A stretch of DNA of 64,000 bases from an uncultured Spirochaetota bacterium (GTDB lineage: Bacteria > Spirochaetota > Brevinematia > Brevinematales > JAOACQ01): NCBI GenBank assembly GCA_963783575.1, contig CAWAOD010000005.1, positions 586,189-650,188 of the forward strand, written 5' to 3'. Below the pieces are notes generated by a model. The model was not told the DNA's origin. It made no database searches and saw only the letters and a list, made by a program, of their open reading frames with translations. Below, one piece after another: positions 31,207-42,283 of the stretch (position 1 is the first letter of the stretch; each line of letters starts with the position of its first letter). Made by a program: the position numbers and the translations under genes.

Positions 31207-32742
31207 ATGAAAAATAAAATCAACAGATTCTGGTTTTTATCAGCATTAATTATTTATGCCCTGTTCAGCTGCAGTTTAAAGGGGGATTACAGGCATGCTG
31301 CCAATGCCGGATCTTTTTATCCCTCCGATAAGATAGAGCTGAGGAAGATGCTGGATTATTTCTTCAGCCATGTGACTGTTAATACAGATGTGAAACCTGA
31401 CGCAATTATCGTACCGCATGCGGGCTATGAATACAGCGGCGGAACGGCCGCGTATGCTTATAATACGCTTAAAGGGAAGAATATTAAAAGGGTCATACTG
31501 CTGGCGACATCGCATTATGCCTATGTGAACGGGATTGTAATCAATGAGAAGGCTTATGAGACCCCTCTCGGGGTTTATAATATGGACAGACAGGCAATTG
31601 ATATATTAAAAAGGGAGGATTTCGATCATGTTAAAAATGAGATTGAATCCACCCGTGAGCACAGTGATGAAGTCCAGATCCCTTTTCTGCAGGAGGTTCT
31701 GCCGGATGCTAAACTTGTACCTCTTATCGTTGGAGAATTATTTGAAGATGAATATACAAATGCCGCAAAGGCATTGAATAAAATTATTGATGATAAAACA
31801 GTAATCGTGGTGAGCTCTGATTTTACCCATTACGGTGAACGATTTGAATATACGCCGGACTTCGGCGGGAAAAGTATAAAAGACGGTGTGACTGAACTGG
31901 ATGGAAAAGCCATCGGGTTAATAACTAACCGCGATTACAGGGGATTTGTGGAATATATTAAAAAAGTCAGCGCAACTATCTGCGGCGCTCATCCGATAGC
32001 CCTGCTTTTGCGGATTCTGGAGGAAAGAAATTATCCCTTCAAAGGCAATCTGCTGAAATATACTATGAGCGGTGAATTGACAGGGGATTATTCAAATAAT
32101 GTGAGCTATTCCGCCATCCTTTTCGGGGATGTCAGGTCTATTCAGGATATAAAGTCCGATAAGCCGTCGATAGACCGGAAGCTGATCGGCGATGATGACG
32201 AAAAAACCCTGTTAAAGCTTTCAAGGAACGTGCTGGAAACTTTTGTGAAAAAAAACAGCTCGGATTTTCCGCCGGATAAACTGAAGGATTATAATATTAC
32301 TGAAAATCTGAGTCAGAAACTGGGCGTATTCGTTACCCTGACAAAGAAGGGTGATTTGAGAGGCTGTATAGGATACATTACGGGGCGGGATGAGCTTTAT
32401 AGGGCTGTAATTGCCAATACCATAAATGCGGCCGCGAATGACCCCCGTTTTCCGCCTGTCGCTGGCGATGAATTGAAAAATATCAGTATAGAAATATCCG
32501 TTATGACACCGATGGTAAGGATCAATTCACCGGAAGAAATAAGGATCGGAAGGGATGGGCTTTATCTGGAAAATAACGGAAATGCGGGGGTCTTTCTGCC
32601 GCAGGTCCCTCTGGAACAGAACTGGGACAGAAAAACATATCTTGAGGAACTCGGGATGAAAGCAGGTCTTACTGCAGATGCCTATAAGGATAGAAATACG
32701 GTTCTTTACCGTTTTTCTGCACAGGTCTTCGGTGAAAAATGA
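31207..32742 (+). CDS. amrB: AmmeMemoRadiSam protein B (Memo) / protein A (AMMECR1) fusion with lipoprotein signal
   Basis: AGSFYP, VPHAGYEYSG, EHSDEVQIPFLQ, SSDFTHYG, TICG (Memo); GVFVTL, LRGCIG, DPRF, FLPQV (AMMECR1); N-terminal LFSC lipobox. Confidence 0.93.
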   Translation: MKNKINRFWFLSALIIYALFSCSLKGDYRHAANAGSFYPSDKIELRKMLDYFFSHVTVNTDVKPDAIIVPHAGYEYSGGTAAYAYNTLKGKNIKRVILLATSHYAYVNGIVINEKAYETPLGVYNMDRQAIDILKREDFDHVKNEIESTREHSDEVQIPFLQEVLPDAKLVPLIVGELFEDEYTNAAKALNKIIDDKTVIVVSSDFTHYGERFEYTPDFGGKSIKDGVTELDGKAIGLITNRDYRGFVEYIKKVSATICGAHPIALLLRILEERNYPFKGNLLKYTMSGELTGDYSNNVSYSAILFGDVRSIQDIKSDKPSIDRKLIGDDDEKTLLKLSRNVLETFVKKNSSDFPPDKLKDYNITENLSQKLGVFVTLTKKGDLRGCIGYITGRDELYRAVIANTINAAANDPRFPPVAGDELKNISIEISVMTPMVRINSPEEIRIGRDGLYLENNGNAGVFLPQVPLEQNWDRKTYLEELGMKAGLTADAYKDRNTVLYRFSAQVFGEK

Positions 32743-33809
32743 ACTTCTTCAGGAAAAACGGTTCTTCTATCATTTTACTGATTTGCTTAACGGCTTTGTC
32801 GTTCACGCTTTATCTGTACATGTGGCAGTTATTGGTTCCATCGATTCTATGGTCGATGTTTATCGGCTTTATCCACAACAGGATTCTCTCGACAGGAAAG
32901 GTTTATTCCTACCGCTCAATATATTTTATAATACTGGCGGTTTCCTTTATTGCAGGTTTCCGCCTGACTTCCGTTGAGGTTACTCAGACACCTTACTGCC
33001 ATATAGGTATAGCGGGAAACTTAATTCATACTTTATATAACCAGATTCTGGCTATTACAAATTCATCCTGGGGCAGGTTCGGAGCTTTAAGCGCAGGCCT
33101 GCTCTGGCTGGCTGTTATTTTAATTAACGGCGGCGGTTTCTGCAGTTATGCCTGCTTTTTCGGGGGAATAGACGAGGGTTTTTCCGGAATCCTGAAAAAG
33201 CCGCTGATAAGGCTTCCGCAAACAAAAAGGTTCCGTGAGTTTCAGATCGCATCCCTTTTATTTTTCGCTTTTATCTCATTTACATCAGTTGAGGCTGTTT
33301 TCTGTACCTGGCTTTGTCCATTGAAAGTTACAAACCATATCCTGAACCCGGAAGCCCCGGCCTGGCTGATTCAAAACATCCTTTATATTTCAACCGGCGC
33401 GGTATTTCTTGTTGGCCTCCCTCTGCTGACAAAAAAAAGGACCTTCTGCAGTATCATATGCCCGTTCGGGGCACTGCCGCCTTTATTGTACCGGATAAAT
33501 CCCTATAAAATGAGCGTCGATGATACAAAATGCACGGGATGCAAAAAGTGCCTTGCGGCATGTCCGTCGTTTGCGATAGAAGAAGCCGGTGATAAGGTAA
33601 AGATAAACCGGTACTGTACTCTCTGCGGAAAATGTTTGGAAACCTGCTCCGGCGGGGCTATTAAGACTACGCTGTTCCATAAAAGGGAATCTTTTTTAAT
33701 GGCCACGGTATCTCTGGCTATCGGCGGCGGAATATCGCTGTTTATTTTTCCGGCAGCGGTCATGAATCTTGTGGAATGGACTATAAAGCTGGCAGGATGG
33801 AAATTTTAA
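32739..33809 (+). CDS. Membrane polyferredoxin (NapH/MauN-like 4Fe-4S binding protein)
   Basis: Multiple TMs; CSYACFFG, CTWLCP, CSIICP; two CxxCxxCxxxC ferredoxin motifs. Confidence 0.88.
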   Translation: MNFFRKNGSSIILLICLTALSFTLYLYMWQLLVPSILWSMFIGFIHNRILSTGKVYSYRSIYFIILAVSFIAGFRLTSVEVTQTPYCHIGIAGNLIHTLYNQILAITNSSWGRFGALSAGLLWLAVILINGGGFCSYACFFGGIDEGFSGILKKPLIRLPQTKRFREFQIASLLFFAFISFTSVEAVFCTWLCPLKVTNHILNPEAPAWLIQNILYISTGAVFLVGLPLLTKKRTFCSIICPFGALPPLLYRINPYKMSVDDTKCTGCKKCLAACPSFAIEEAGDKVKINRYCTLCGKCLETCSGGAIKTTLFHKRESFLMATVSLAIGGGISLFIFPAAVMNLVEWTIKLAGWKF

Positions 33810-33833
33810 AAATAGTAATAGGTGTAAGAACTT

Positions 33834-34442
33834 ATGATAAAAGAAACCTGGCAGATTGTCATTGAGGGTTTTGTGCTCGGGCTTTCCACGGGCGGGTATT
33901 GTTTTATGACATGCGTTCCGTTTTTCATGCCTTATATCCTGGCGGCAAGGCGGGCATCGGCATTTTTAAGCTTTATCGCCGGCAGGTTTCTGGCTTATGT
34001 AGCCTTCGCAATTATAGCAGGCTTCATTGGGGTTTACCTTACAGGGGTTTATAAAAATATATCCGCTGTCCTTTTGATAATCACATCCCTTATTCTTATG
34101 TTTTTTTCTATATTCAACCTGTTTCCGAAAAATCCGTTCTGCAGGCGTTGGATTGAAAGCGGTCGTCTGAACAGCTATCCATTTATTGCCGGCGTTCTGC
34201 TGGGCTTGAACCTCTGCCCGCCGTTTCTTACCGGAATGGCCAGGGTTATTCAGATGGGAAGCGTATGGAAAAGCGTTTTTTTCTTCATCAGCTTTTTCAT
34301 GGCCACAACACTGTTCCTGGTTCCGATGGTTATTCCGGTTCCTTTTTTGAAAGGGGGTTTTTTTAAGAGGCTGGGTTCCTATCTCGGAATACTGGCCGGA
34401 ATATGGTTTTTAATTCAGGGAATAATTTCCTGCTTCACGTAG
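33834..34442 (+). CDS. DsbD_2 / TauE-SafE-like membrane protein
   Basis: GLSTGGYCFMTC, GRFLAY, GLNLCPP membrane Cys motifs. Confidence 0.75.
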   Translation: MIKETWQIVIEGFVLGLSTGGYCFMTCVPFFMPYILAARRASAFLSFIAGRFLAYVAFAIIAGFIGVYLTGVYKNISAVLLIITSLILMFFSIFNLFPKNPFCRRWIESGRLNSYPFIAGVLLGLNLCPPFLTGMARVIQMGSVWKSVFFFISFFMATTLFLVPMVIPVPFLKGGFFKRLGSYLGILAGIWFLIQGIISCFT

Positions 34443-34452
34443 GAGTTTTTCA

Positions 34453-36610
34453 ATGATGCTTTTTGTCCTGGGGTTTGTTTCTGTGATCACACAGTCTGTA
34501 TTATTGAAGGAACTGGCTGTTCTTTTCCGGAATAATGAGATTGTGATAGGAATTCTTTTTTTCTGGTGGATGGCCGGGTCTGGTATAGGCAGCGTACTTT
34601 ATAAAAATCTGCCGGATAAATTTAAACGTTCCGGATATCCGGCGCTTGTCATTGCGGTAATACTGCAGATCATAATGATTTTTGCGGTCCGTATTACCTC
34701 CGGATTTTATTATATCAGGGCGGAATTGGATTTGATTGTTTTGTTTTTGTTATCCGCGGTGTTTCTGCTGCCCGTATCTTTATTAATCGGCCTTGCGTTT
34801 CCTGCGCTGACCGGCAGTTCTTCAACGGGCAGAACAACAATCTCATATTTTCTGGAGACATCCGGCTTTTTCGTTGGAGGCATTATATTTTCCCTCCTGA
34901 TTACCGGTAATTTTGACGCTCTTCCGGCTTCCGGTATGGTTTTGCTGGTTTGTATTATATCTGTATTTCTGTCCCTGAATCGGAAAATTCAGAGAAGAGA
35001 AGCCGTTCTTTTATCGGTGATGTTTTTTCTGTGTTTTATTTTTATAGTTTTTAATAGAAATTTTATTGACTTTTCCAGGCAGATGGAATGGAGGGGCGGA
35101 CTGTTAATAGAAAGCCGGGAATCGAAATATGGAAATATGGCCCTGCTGGATGACCGGGGGAAAACCCTTTATTATAACGGCAAAGTCCTTGCTTCTGAAG
35201 CGTACAATCTGACCGAGGAGAAAGCTCATATACCCGCAATGATTAAAGGAAGGCTGGAAAATATTCTTATCATCGGGTATGCCGAGCCCGGTCTTATTAC
35301 AGAATTGGTTAAATATAAACCTCAATCAATTGTAAATGTATTCCTGGATGAAAGACTGGCTGATTTTTCCCAAAAATATTACGGAGAAGAAAATCTTTTA
35401 AAAAATATATCCATGGACCCCATTATCTGGGTCAAATCGCATCAGGAGAAGTTTGAACTCATCATTCTCAATTTGCCTTTCCCGGATACACTTGCCGGCA
35501 GCCGTTTTTATTCTCTTTCTTTTTTAAAACAATTGAAAAATTGTCTTTCCCTGGCCGGTTTACTTGCCATGTCATTTTCCTATGAGGAGAATTACCTGCC
35601 GGAAGAAACCCTGAACAATTTCAGCCTGCTGTATAATAAATTAAAAAACGTTTTTCTTGAAACCGAAATGCTGCCAATGGAACACTTTTTTCTTCTGGCC
35701 TCCGATGCTAAAATGACAGCATCAGAGAATTTCCTTGAGAAATCTGTTTCCAGGAGTTTCAGGGAGATTCAATCTCAAAAAGTTAAACCCGTCTTATATC
35801 AGTTATTATTTGAATGAAAAAAGGACCGCCGGCATAACCGGATTGATTACAAACCGCCCATCTCAGAATGAGTCCGGGAATAATTTTGATTTCCGTTTTT
35901 ATCGGAATACCATGAAAAAATGGCTCAAAATAAGTTTTCAAGACAGGTGGATTATCATTTTTGTCATCCTTCTTGCTGCCGGTTATTCGGTATACCGGGG
36001 CAGGAGATATTTGGCAGGTTTTTTCCTGTCCGGAAAATTGGGAATAATCATATTTTTCACTGCCTTTTGCGGAATTGCCGGGGAGCTTCTTCTCATTTAT
36101 CTCTATCAATATCTATATGGTTATATTTATTCTGTTTTCGCACTGCTGATAGCTGCATTTATGCTGGGAATGAGCCTGGGCGCCGGATGGATGGCCGGGA
36201 AAAAAAAGGTCAATACGGGGGATAATGTGCCGATTATTTTATTTATAACCTGGCTTATTTTAACCGGCGCCTATTTTCTTTTAAATCAAAATATTACAGA
36301 ATTTGTACCGGGAATGCCAATATTTTTTCTTCTTTTTACAGACGGTTTTCTCAATGGGTGGATTTTTAATCATTATGCCGGCATGGAGGAAATAAAAGCG
36401 GACGCCGCTGTGACAGCCGCCAGGACATACTCATACGACCTTTATGGTTCGGCGGCCGGGTCTATTCTCAGCGCTTCGGTATTGTTCCCGTATTTAGGGT
36501 TTACCGGCAGTATTACAGTTATGGCGATAATTTTGCTTTTATTGCTTTTTTTATTAATAATATATGAAAAGGAGCATGAATGGAAAAAAATTCAAAAAAC
36601 TTATCATTAA
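34453..36610 (+). CDS. Membrane-embedded spermidine-synthase-like (fused TM / SAM-fold / TM) protein, split by a 1-nt frameshift near 35735-35785
   Basis: QSVLLKEL...NE, ESKYGN, EEKAH, ILIIG, LPFP...RFYS; second ORF carries C-terminal TM block (ELLLIYLYQ..YG, YSYDLYGS). Removing one A from the A5 at 35777-35781 fuses them. Confidence 0.8.
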
Positions 36611-37746
36611 TGGAAATATTTTCATTTACCATATCGTTCCTGGTTTTAACCCTCTTTTTGGCTTTATTTTTCTTCCAGAAGACTCCTTTGATATTTTCTT
36701 CCGTTACCGCTAATAATTTATATGCCAGGGAGGCCATGTACTGGGAAAGGGCGGATTCGGGAGTGAAATGCAATCTATGTCCGTCATACTGCTATCTGAC
36801 AGAAGGGGCCAAAGGTAAGTGCAAAGTCCGGATGAATAAGGACAGCACGCTTTATACTGAAGTTTATGGACAACCGGCCGCTGTCCATATCGATCCGATA
36901 GAAAAAAAACCGGTTTACCATATGCTCCCGGGGAGCATGATCTTTTCCATTGCGACGGTCGGGTGCCCCTTGAAATGCTCATTCTGCCAGAACTGGACTC
37001 TTTCGCAGGCCTATCCGGAGGAACTGAAAGAGGGTAATAATGGAACCGGCATGATTATCAGTCCGGAGCAGATCGTTCAGTCGGCCATACAGAACGGCAA
37101 TAAATCCATAGCCTTTACTTATAGCGAACCGGTAATTTACTATGAGTACATGCTGGATATCGCAAAGCTCGCTAAACAATATGGCCTCCGGAATGTAATG
37201 GTCACGTCCGGGTATTTCAATCCGGAGCCTATCAGTAACATTGCGCCGTATTTTGATGTCATCAAGGTTGACCTTAAAGGGTTCAGTGAAAAATTCTATA
37301 CTGAAGAGGTCGGCGGCCATCTGACCAATGTCCTGAAGGTCTTGAAAATTATTAAGGAAATGAATAAGCTGGTTGAAATAGTGAATCTTGTAATACCGCA
37401 AAGGAACGACAGCGATGATGATTTTAAAAGTCTCTGCCTGTGGGTTATGGACAGCCTGGGGCCTGATACTCCGCTTTTCTTCACCCGCTTTATGCCTGAT
37501 TACAAGCTGAACAACCTTCCGCCGACACCGCTGGAAACGCTTCTTCGGGCTAAATCCATTGCTGATAAAACGGGCCTGCACTTTGTATATATCGGCAATG
37601 CGCCGGAGGCGAAGGGGGAAAACACCTATTGCCCGGATTGTCATACTCTTTTAATAGAAAGGGAAGGGTACTGGATAAAAAAGAATATTATTAAACATGG
37701 GTGCTGTCCGGTCTGCGGAAGATCAATTCCGGGGATCTGGGAGTAG
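36580..37746 (+). CDS. amrS: AmmeMemoRadiSam radical SAM enzyme with N-terminal TM anchor
   Basis: CNLCP..C, DPIEKKP, CPLKCSFCQN (CxxxCxxC), FTYSEP, YIGN, C-terminal CPDC/CPVC. Confidence 0.95.
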   Translation: MEKNSKNLSLMEIFSFTISFLVLTLFLALFFFQKTPLIFSSVTANNLYAREAMYWERADSGVKCNLCPSYCYLTEGAKGKCKVRMNKDSTLYTEVYGQPAAVHIDPIEKKPVYHMLPGSMIFSIATVGCPLKCSFCQNWTLSQAYPEELKEGNNGTGMIISPEQIVQSAIQNGNKSIAFTYSEPVIYYEYMLDIAKLAKQYGLRNVMVTSGYFNPEPISNIAPYFDVIKVDLKGFSEKFYTEEVGGHLTNVLKVLKIIKEMNKLVEIVNLVIPQRNDSDDDFKSLCLWVMDSLGPDTPLFFTRFMPDYKLNNLPPTPLETLLRAKSIADKTGLHFVYIGNAPEAKGENTYCPDCHTLLIEREGYWIKKNIIKHGCCPVCGRSIPGIWE

Positions 37747-37753
37747 AAGGATA

Positions 37754-38971
37754 TTATTTTATCTCATTCAGCCAGTTTTTCCATACCGGATCATTTCTTA
37801 GATTTATTAAATCAGGATCTTTTTCCATATAATTAAAGTTTTTATAACCGTTTTTTACCGCTGATTTTAATGTACCGTATGCTTCCTTAATCTTTCCTGT
37901 TTTGCTGTAGGAACAGGCTATATTGTAATATGCCAGGTCTTTCTTTTCAAAACCGTTATCAATGGCTTTTTGGTATGCAATAATTGAATCTCCGATTCTA
38001 TTCTTTAAATTTGATAAACTATTTCCATAATCATAATAGATTTCCGCCATGTATATCATCATTTCAGATCTTTCTCCCGTCCCTAACTTTATAGCTTCTT
38101 CATACTTTTTAACAGCCTCATCATCATTTTTTAATTGATGAAAATACAATGCCTGAGAATAAAAATTGTCATATGCGGCATAATCATTTTTTACAGCATC
38201 ATTATAATTTACTAAATTTAAATCATAATCTGCTTTTAATTGTAAGATTGTGGTATTTACAATCCCATGTTGAATATTAAAATAATCGACTCCTTTAGAA
38301 TTGTTTTTCTGAAATATATTTTTACTTTTGTCTTCGCTTATAAATTGTTTCCCTTTACCATTTATTATCCATTTTATATCCCTGGCTGAATTTTCTAAAT
38401 AAACAGGCAGGGTAAAATAAGAATTATCTCCCATATCAACACTAATATCTATTACGTCGATCTGATTATTTGACCATCTTTTACCTGTACTTAGACGGTA
38501 TGGGTAAATTTTATTGATTAATTTACTCCATCCTTTAAGTTTATAAGTATGAACAATATTATTTAATCCTTTTTTGAAATCCGCTGTAAAAGTATAAACT
38601 ACAGGGTTATTGTCTTTGCCGATTTCCATTTTATATTTAACAACTTCATCATTGACGGTGACATTGAAATCTTCAATGCCGGAAGTATTTCTTATTGTCC
38701 CGTTTTCATTCATTATTTTTTCCGGCGGCGTCTCAAATCCAATTAATCCTTCCTGTTCTTCTTTGCTGTTGCTTAGTTCCAGATATGCCTTAACTAAAAC
38801 ACCGTTATTTGTATCGGATTTAAATTCCAGTTTTTCATAAGTTAGGGCAATATTGTAATTCTGTAAAGGAAATAAATTGTCTCCGCTGGCATAAAAAAAA
38901 CTATCATCAGAATATAAATAAGGACTTAAATAAAATAAAAAACAAAGCAAGAATAATTTTAATTTGAACAT
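37754..38971 (-). CDS. Secreted protein with DUF4424-like N-terminal domain and C-terminal TPRs
   Basis: Signal peptide; I.LTYEKL, IGFE, YRLSTGKRW; YYNIACSYS...GYKNFNYMEKDPDL TPR-end motif. Confidence 0.7.
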   Translation of the reverse strand: MFKLKLFLLCFLFYLSPYLYSDDSFFYASGDNLFPLQNYNIALTYEKLEFKSDTNNGVLVKAYLELSNSKEEQEGLIGFETPPEKIMNENGTIRNTSGIEDFNVTVNDEVVKYKMEIGKDNNPVVYTFTADFKKGLNNIVHTYKLKGWSKLINKIYPYRLSTGKRWSNNQIDVIDISVDMGDNSYFTLPVYLENSARDIKWIINGKGKQFISEDKSKNIFQKNNSKGVDYFNIQHGIVNTTILQLKADYDLNLVNYNDAVKNDYAAYDNFYSQALYFHQLKNDDEAVKKYEEAIKLGTGERSEMMIYMAEIYYDYGNSLSNLKNRIGDSIIAYQKAIDNGFEKKDLAYYNIACSYSKTGKIKEAYGTLKSAVKNGYKNFNYMEKDPDLINLRNDPVWKNWLNEIK

Positions 38972-39243
38972 AACTATATCTCCTTAAACAAAAATCTTTA
39001 AAAATTCTATTTCACGCTCCATAAATTGTCAAATTACCAGCAGGAAGATGCTGAATTTATTATAATATGCCGCCTTCTGTATAAATATGAATATCTCCCA
39101 TACTTTCTTTGCCTGGAATTATAAAATTCTGTCTGTTAGAATCATTTTGTTATTGCATAAATTTTTGAATAAGGTTAAAATATCGAACTCATTGGGGCTT
39201 GTTATCAAAGGTAGAGCAGTTTAGTATAAAGGGGTGATACATT

Positions 39244-41218
39244 ATGAACCCGCTGATTGTAGCGCCGCTTATAATGGCTTTTATCTGCTTGTATGCCGGA
39301 ATTTATCATTTCAGCATGTTTATTCGCCAAAGAGATGATAAACTTAGCCTGGCTTTTTCTTTATTATGTTTTTCAGTCGCTCTTTACGATTTTTGTTCAT
39401 TCGGTCTGTATTCTTCAAAAAGTATTAATTTTGGTGTTTTGTATCAGAATTTACAACTAACGGTAGTCAACCTTATATCTGTATCCATGCCTCTGGTTTA
39501 TATATTATCTAACCAATATGCGCCGAAAAAGGGTGATATTGGTTTTATCATTTATATTCGCGGCTTTTTTTATCTATAGTGTTACTTTATTCTTTAATGT
39601 GAACGCTTTAATGCAAAATACTAATATTAAGTTTTTGGAATTATTTCGGATAACCTATTATGAAACGGCTCCGAATGCGATAACAAGTCTGGAATTAATA
39701 TTTATTCTATTCTGTTTTATTTTCATTATTTACTTATTGATACGGAATTATAAAGAAAATAAAAATAATCACATCCGATGGATCTTTATATCTTTAATCC
39801 TGTATTTTGTTTCATTTATTAACGATTCGTTGGTTTATATCGGATTCTACAAGTTTTTTTACACTACTGAATACTCTTTTATGCTGATGATTCTGGCCAT
39901 GGCGGATTATCTGCTGCATAAATATGTCGATTTGAAAGAAAAAATATCCATTCAATTGTACACCGACATGTTGACTTCTATGCCAAACCGCCGGAAACTA
40001 TTATCTGAAATGGAGAATACTGAACATCCTTTTCTTGTTCTGATTAATATCGATTCTTTCAAGGAAATTAATGATTTTTATGGTAATGATATTGGGGATT
40101 TTGTATTGATGGAATTATCAAAACGACTAAAAAATCTTTCTTTTCAGAATCGGCACCAGATTTTTAAAATGCACGGGGATGAATATGCCATATTAATGGA
40201 TATGGAAATTATTCCGGAAGAAACCGCGAAAAAAACATGGTTCGGCATAATCCATTATATATTTGAGGAAATCAACGATCATAATTTTAAATACCAGGAT
40301 ATTGAAATCAATATACGTGTGACTATTGGAGTCTCCTACTATAATCCAGATATAAATGAAAATGGAGATATCGGATTGTTAAAAAGCAAAGTTTTAAATA
40401 ATGCAGATATGGCGTTAAAACACGCAAAAAAATTGGGGAAATCCTTTCTGGTTTATGATAATTCTATGCAAATACATAAGGAATTTGAAAACAATCTTTT
40501 TTGGACAAAAAAAATAAAAGAAGCGATTAATAATGACCGTATAAAACCATTCTTTCAACCTATAATCAATAATTCTACCGGTAAAATTGAGAAATATGAA
40601 TGTCTGGTCAGAATGCTGGATGGAGATGGAAAACTGATCGGACCATATCAGTTCCTTGGTATATCGCAAAAAGTCAGGCTTTATAATAAAATAACCGCGA
40701 CCATGCTGAGGAAATCCTTTAATACCTTTGCCGGTACAGATTATGAATTTTCGATTAACCTCTCTGTCAATGATATCCTTAATGAAGAAACCAACCGTTT
40801 GATTCATACCATTCTAAAGCAAAATGAACTTCTTGCCCCGCATGTGGTTTTTGAAATTCTGGAGTCGGAAGGCATCAGCAATTATGATATTATGTCCGGT
40901 TTTATCCATGAGATCAGGGAATATAGATGCAAATTTGCCATTGATGATTTTGGTTCCGGATATTCCAATTTTGACCACATCATAAAACTGAATGTGGATT
41001 ATATTAAGATTGATGCCTCTATTATCAAAAATCTCGATCAAGATTCCAATTTAGTTATCATAGCCAGGATGATTGCAGAAGCAGCAAGGGCTCTTGGTAT
41101 TTCCACCATCGCTGAATTTGTTCATTCCGAAGCGGTTTTTTTGAAGTGTAAAGAGATCGGCTTCGATTATTCGCAGGGATATTATTTCAGCGAACCAAAA
41201 GAAAACATAGATAGATAA
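39244..41218 (+). CDS. 7TM sensor + degenerate GGDEF + EAL phosphodiesterase, split by a 1-nt frameshift near 39490
   Basis: Removing one C at 39490-39491 gives VSMLWFIYYLTNMRRK; GGDEF site is HGDEY; EAL domain has ECL, SINLS, FEILE, IDDFGSGYS, KID, AEFV, QGY. Confidence 0.85.
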
Positions 41219-41229
41219 ACAGTAAATTG

Positions 41230-42189
41230 TTATCCCTCAAAAATTGCCTCTATAATTTCCAGTCCGGCTCTTTTACCGGTATCTTCGAAAATCAAATTGT
41301 TTGCTTTACCATATAATTTGACAACAGCTTCAGAATCTATGCTTTCCTTTATTTTTCGGGTCATACTTCCCTGAACAGGAGCGATGAGGTCCGATGATTT
41401 GCTTTTTATTATTTTTACATCCATTATATGACTATTGTTTTCTAATGTAATATCAAGGGCTTTCCCATCATAGTTTAAATTCTTAATTTTGGAACGGTTA
41501 TAAGTCGAAAAGAGCTGGAAACTTCCATGTATATAAAGATAAGAGATAAAACCGGTAAAATAGCTTCCAAGCCATGGGATATTTGCTATTGAAATATGCA
41601 AAGAAGCGTCGCTTTTTGAAAAAGTATTGCACTGGGCCCAGATCCATGATTTAGGAAATGACCTTCCCCAATCTTTTTCAATATAACCCTTCCCTCCGCT
41701 GAAATCAATTTTCCTGTTATTTATATTCAAAATTCCATTTAAAGAATGATTAACAGAAACCACACCATGTTTACATTCCATAAAAGGAACAAAAGTATAT
41801 AACCCCATAATTCCGGGAGACAGTAATGATTTCGGGTATTTAATCATGTCTTTATATTCAATTTCCCCTTTAATTTGAATTTCACCGCTGTCTATATTTA
41901 ATTTAATACCGCTGAGAGAAAATTCCGAGGTGCCTATCTTTACATCCAGTTTTTCTGTATTTGTCCTGAATGTTTCAAGGCCGTATCTGACATAATCTGT
42001 CCTGCCGGTAATTCCGTCAAAAATCTGAATAAAGGCATGCGGATCGTTTTTTGATAAAGATACACCGGGAATAAAGGAGTAGACCTGCGATAAATCCCTT
42101 GAAACATGCTTAAAATACCAACCTTCAAAATAATTCTTTTTTGAAAGGTTTCCCTGAAATAATTCCGGATTTAAAATCTTAATAGTCAT
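41230..42189 (-). CDS. Tocopherol cyclase family protein
   Basis: YFEGWYFK, MECKHGV, GYIEKDWGRSFPKSWIW. Confidence 0.88.
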   Translation of the reverse strand: MTIKILNPELFQGNLSKKNYFEGWYFKHVSRDLSQVYSFIPGVSLSKNDPHAFIQIFDGITGRTDYVRYGLETFRTNTEKLDVKIGTSEFSLSGIKLNIDSGEIQIKGEIEYKDMIKYPKSLLSPGIMGLYTFVPFMECKHGVVSVNHSLNGILNINNRKIDFSGGKGYIEKDWGRSFPKSWIWAQCNTFSKSDASLHISIANIPWLGSYFTGFISYLYIHGSFQLFSTYNRSKIKNLNYDGKALDITLENNSHIMDVKIIKSKSSDLIAPVQGSMTRKIKESIDSEAVVKLYGKANNLIFEDTGKRAGLEIIEAIFEG

Positions 42190-42283
42190 AGATTCAATAA
42201 TCCTTACCGTTTGGTATACAAAAGTGCTAATTTGCTTAAATTTCTCTTTTTGAACTATCTTTAACTATATAATTTTTTTTATT

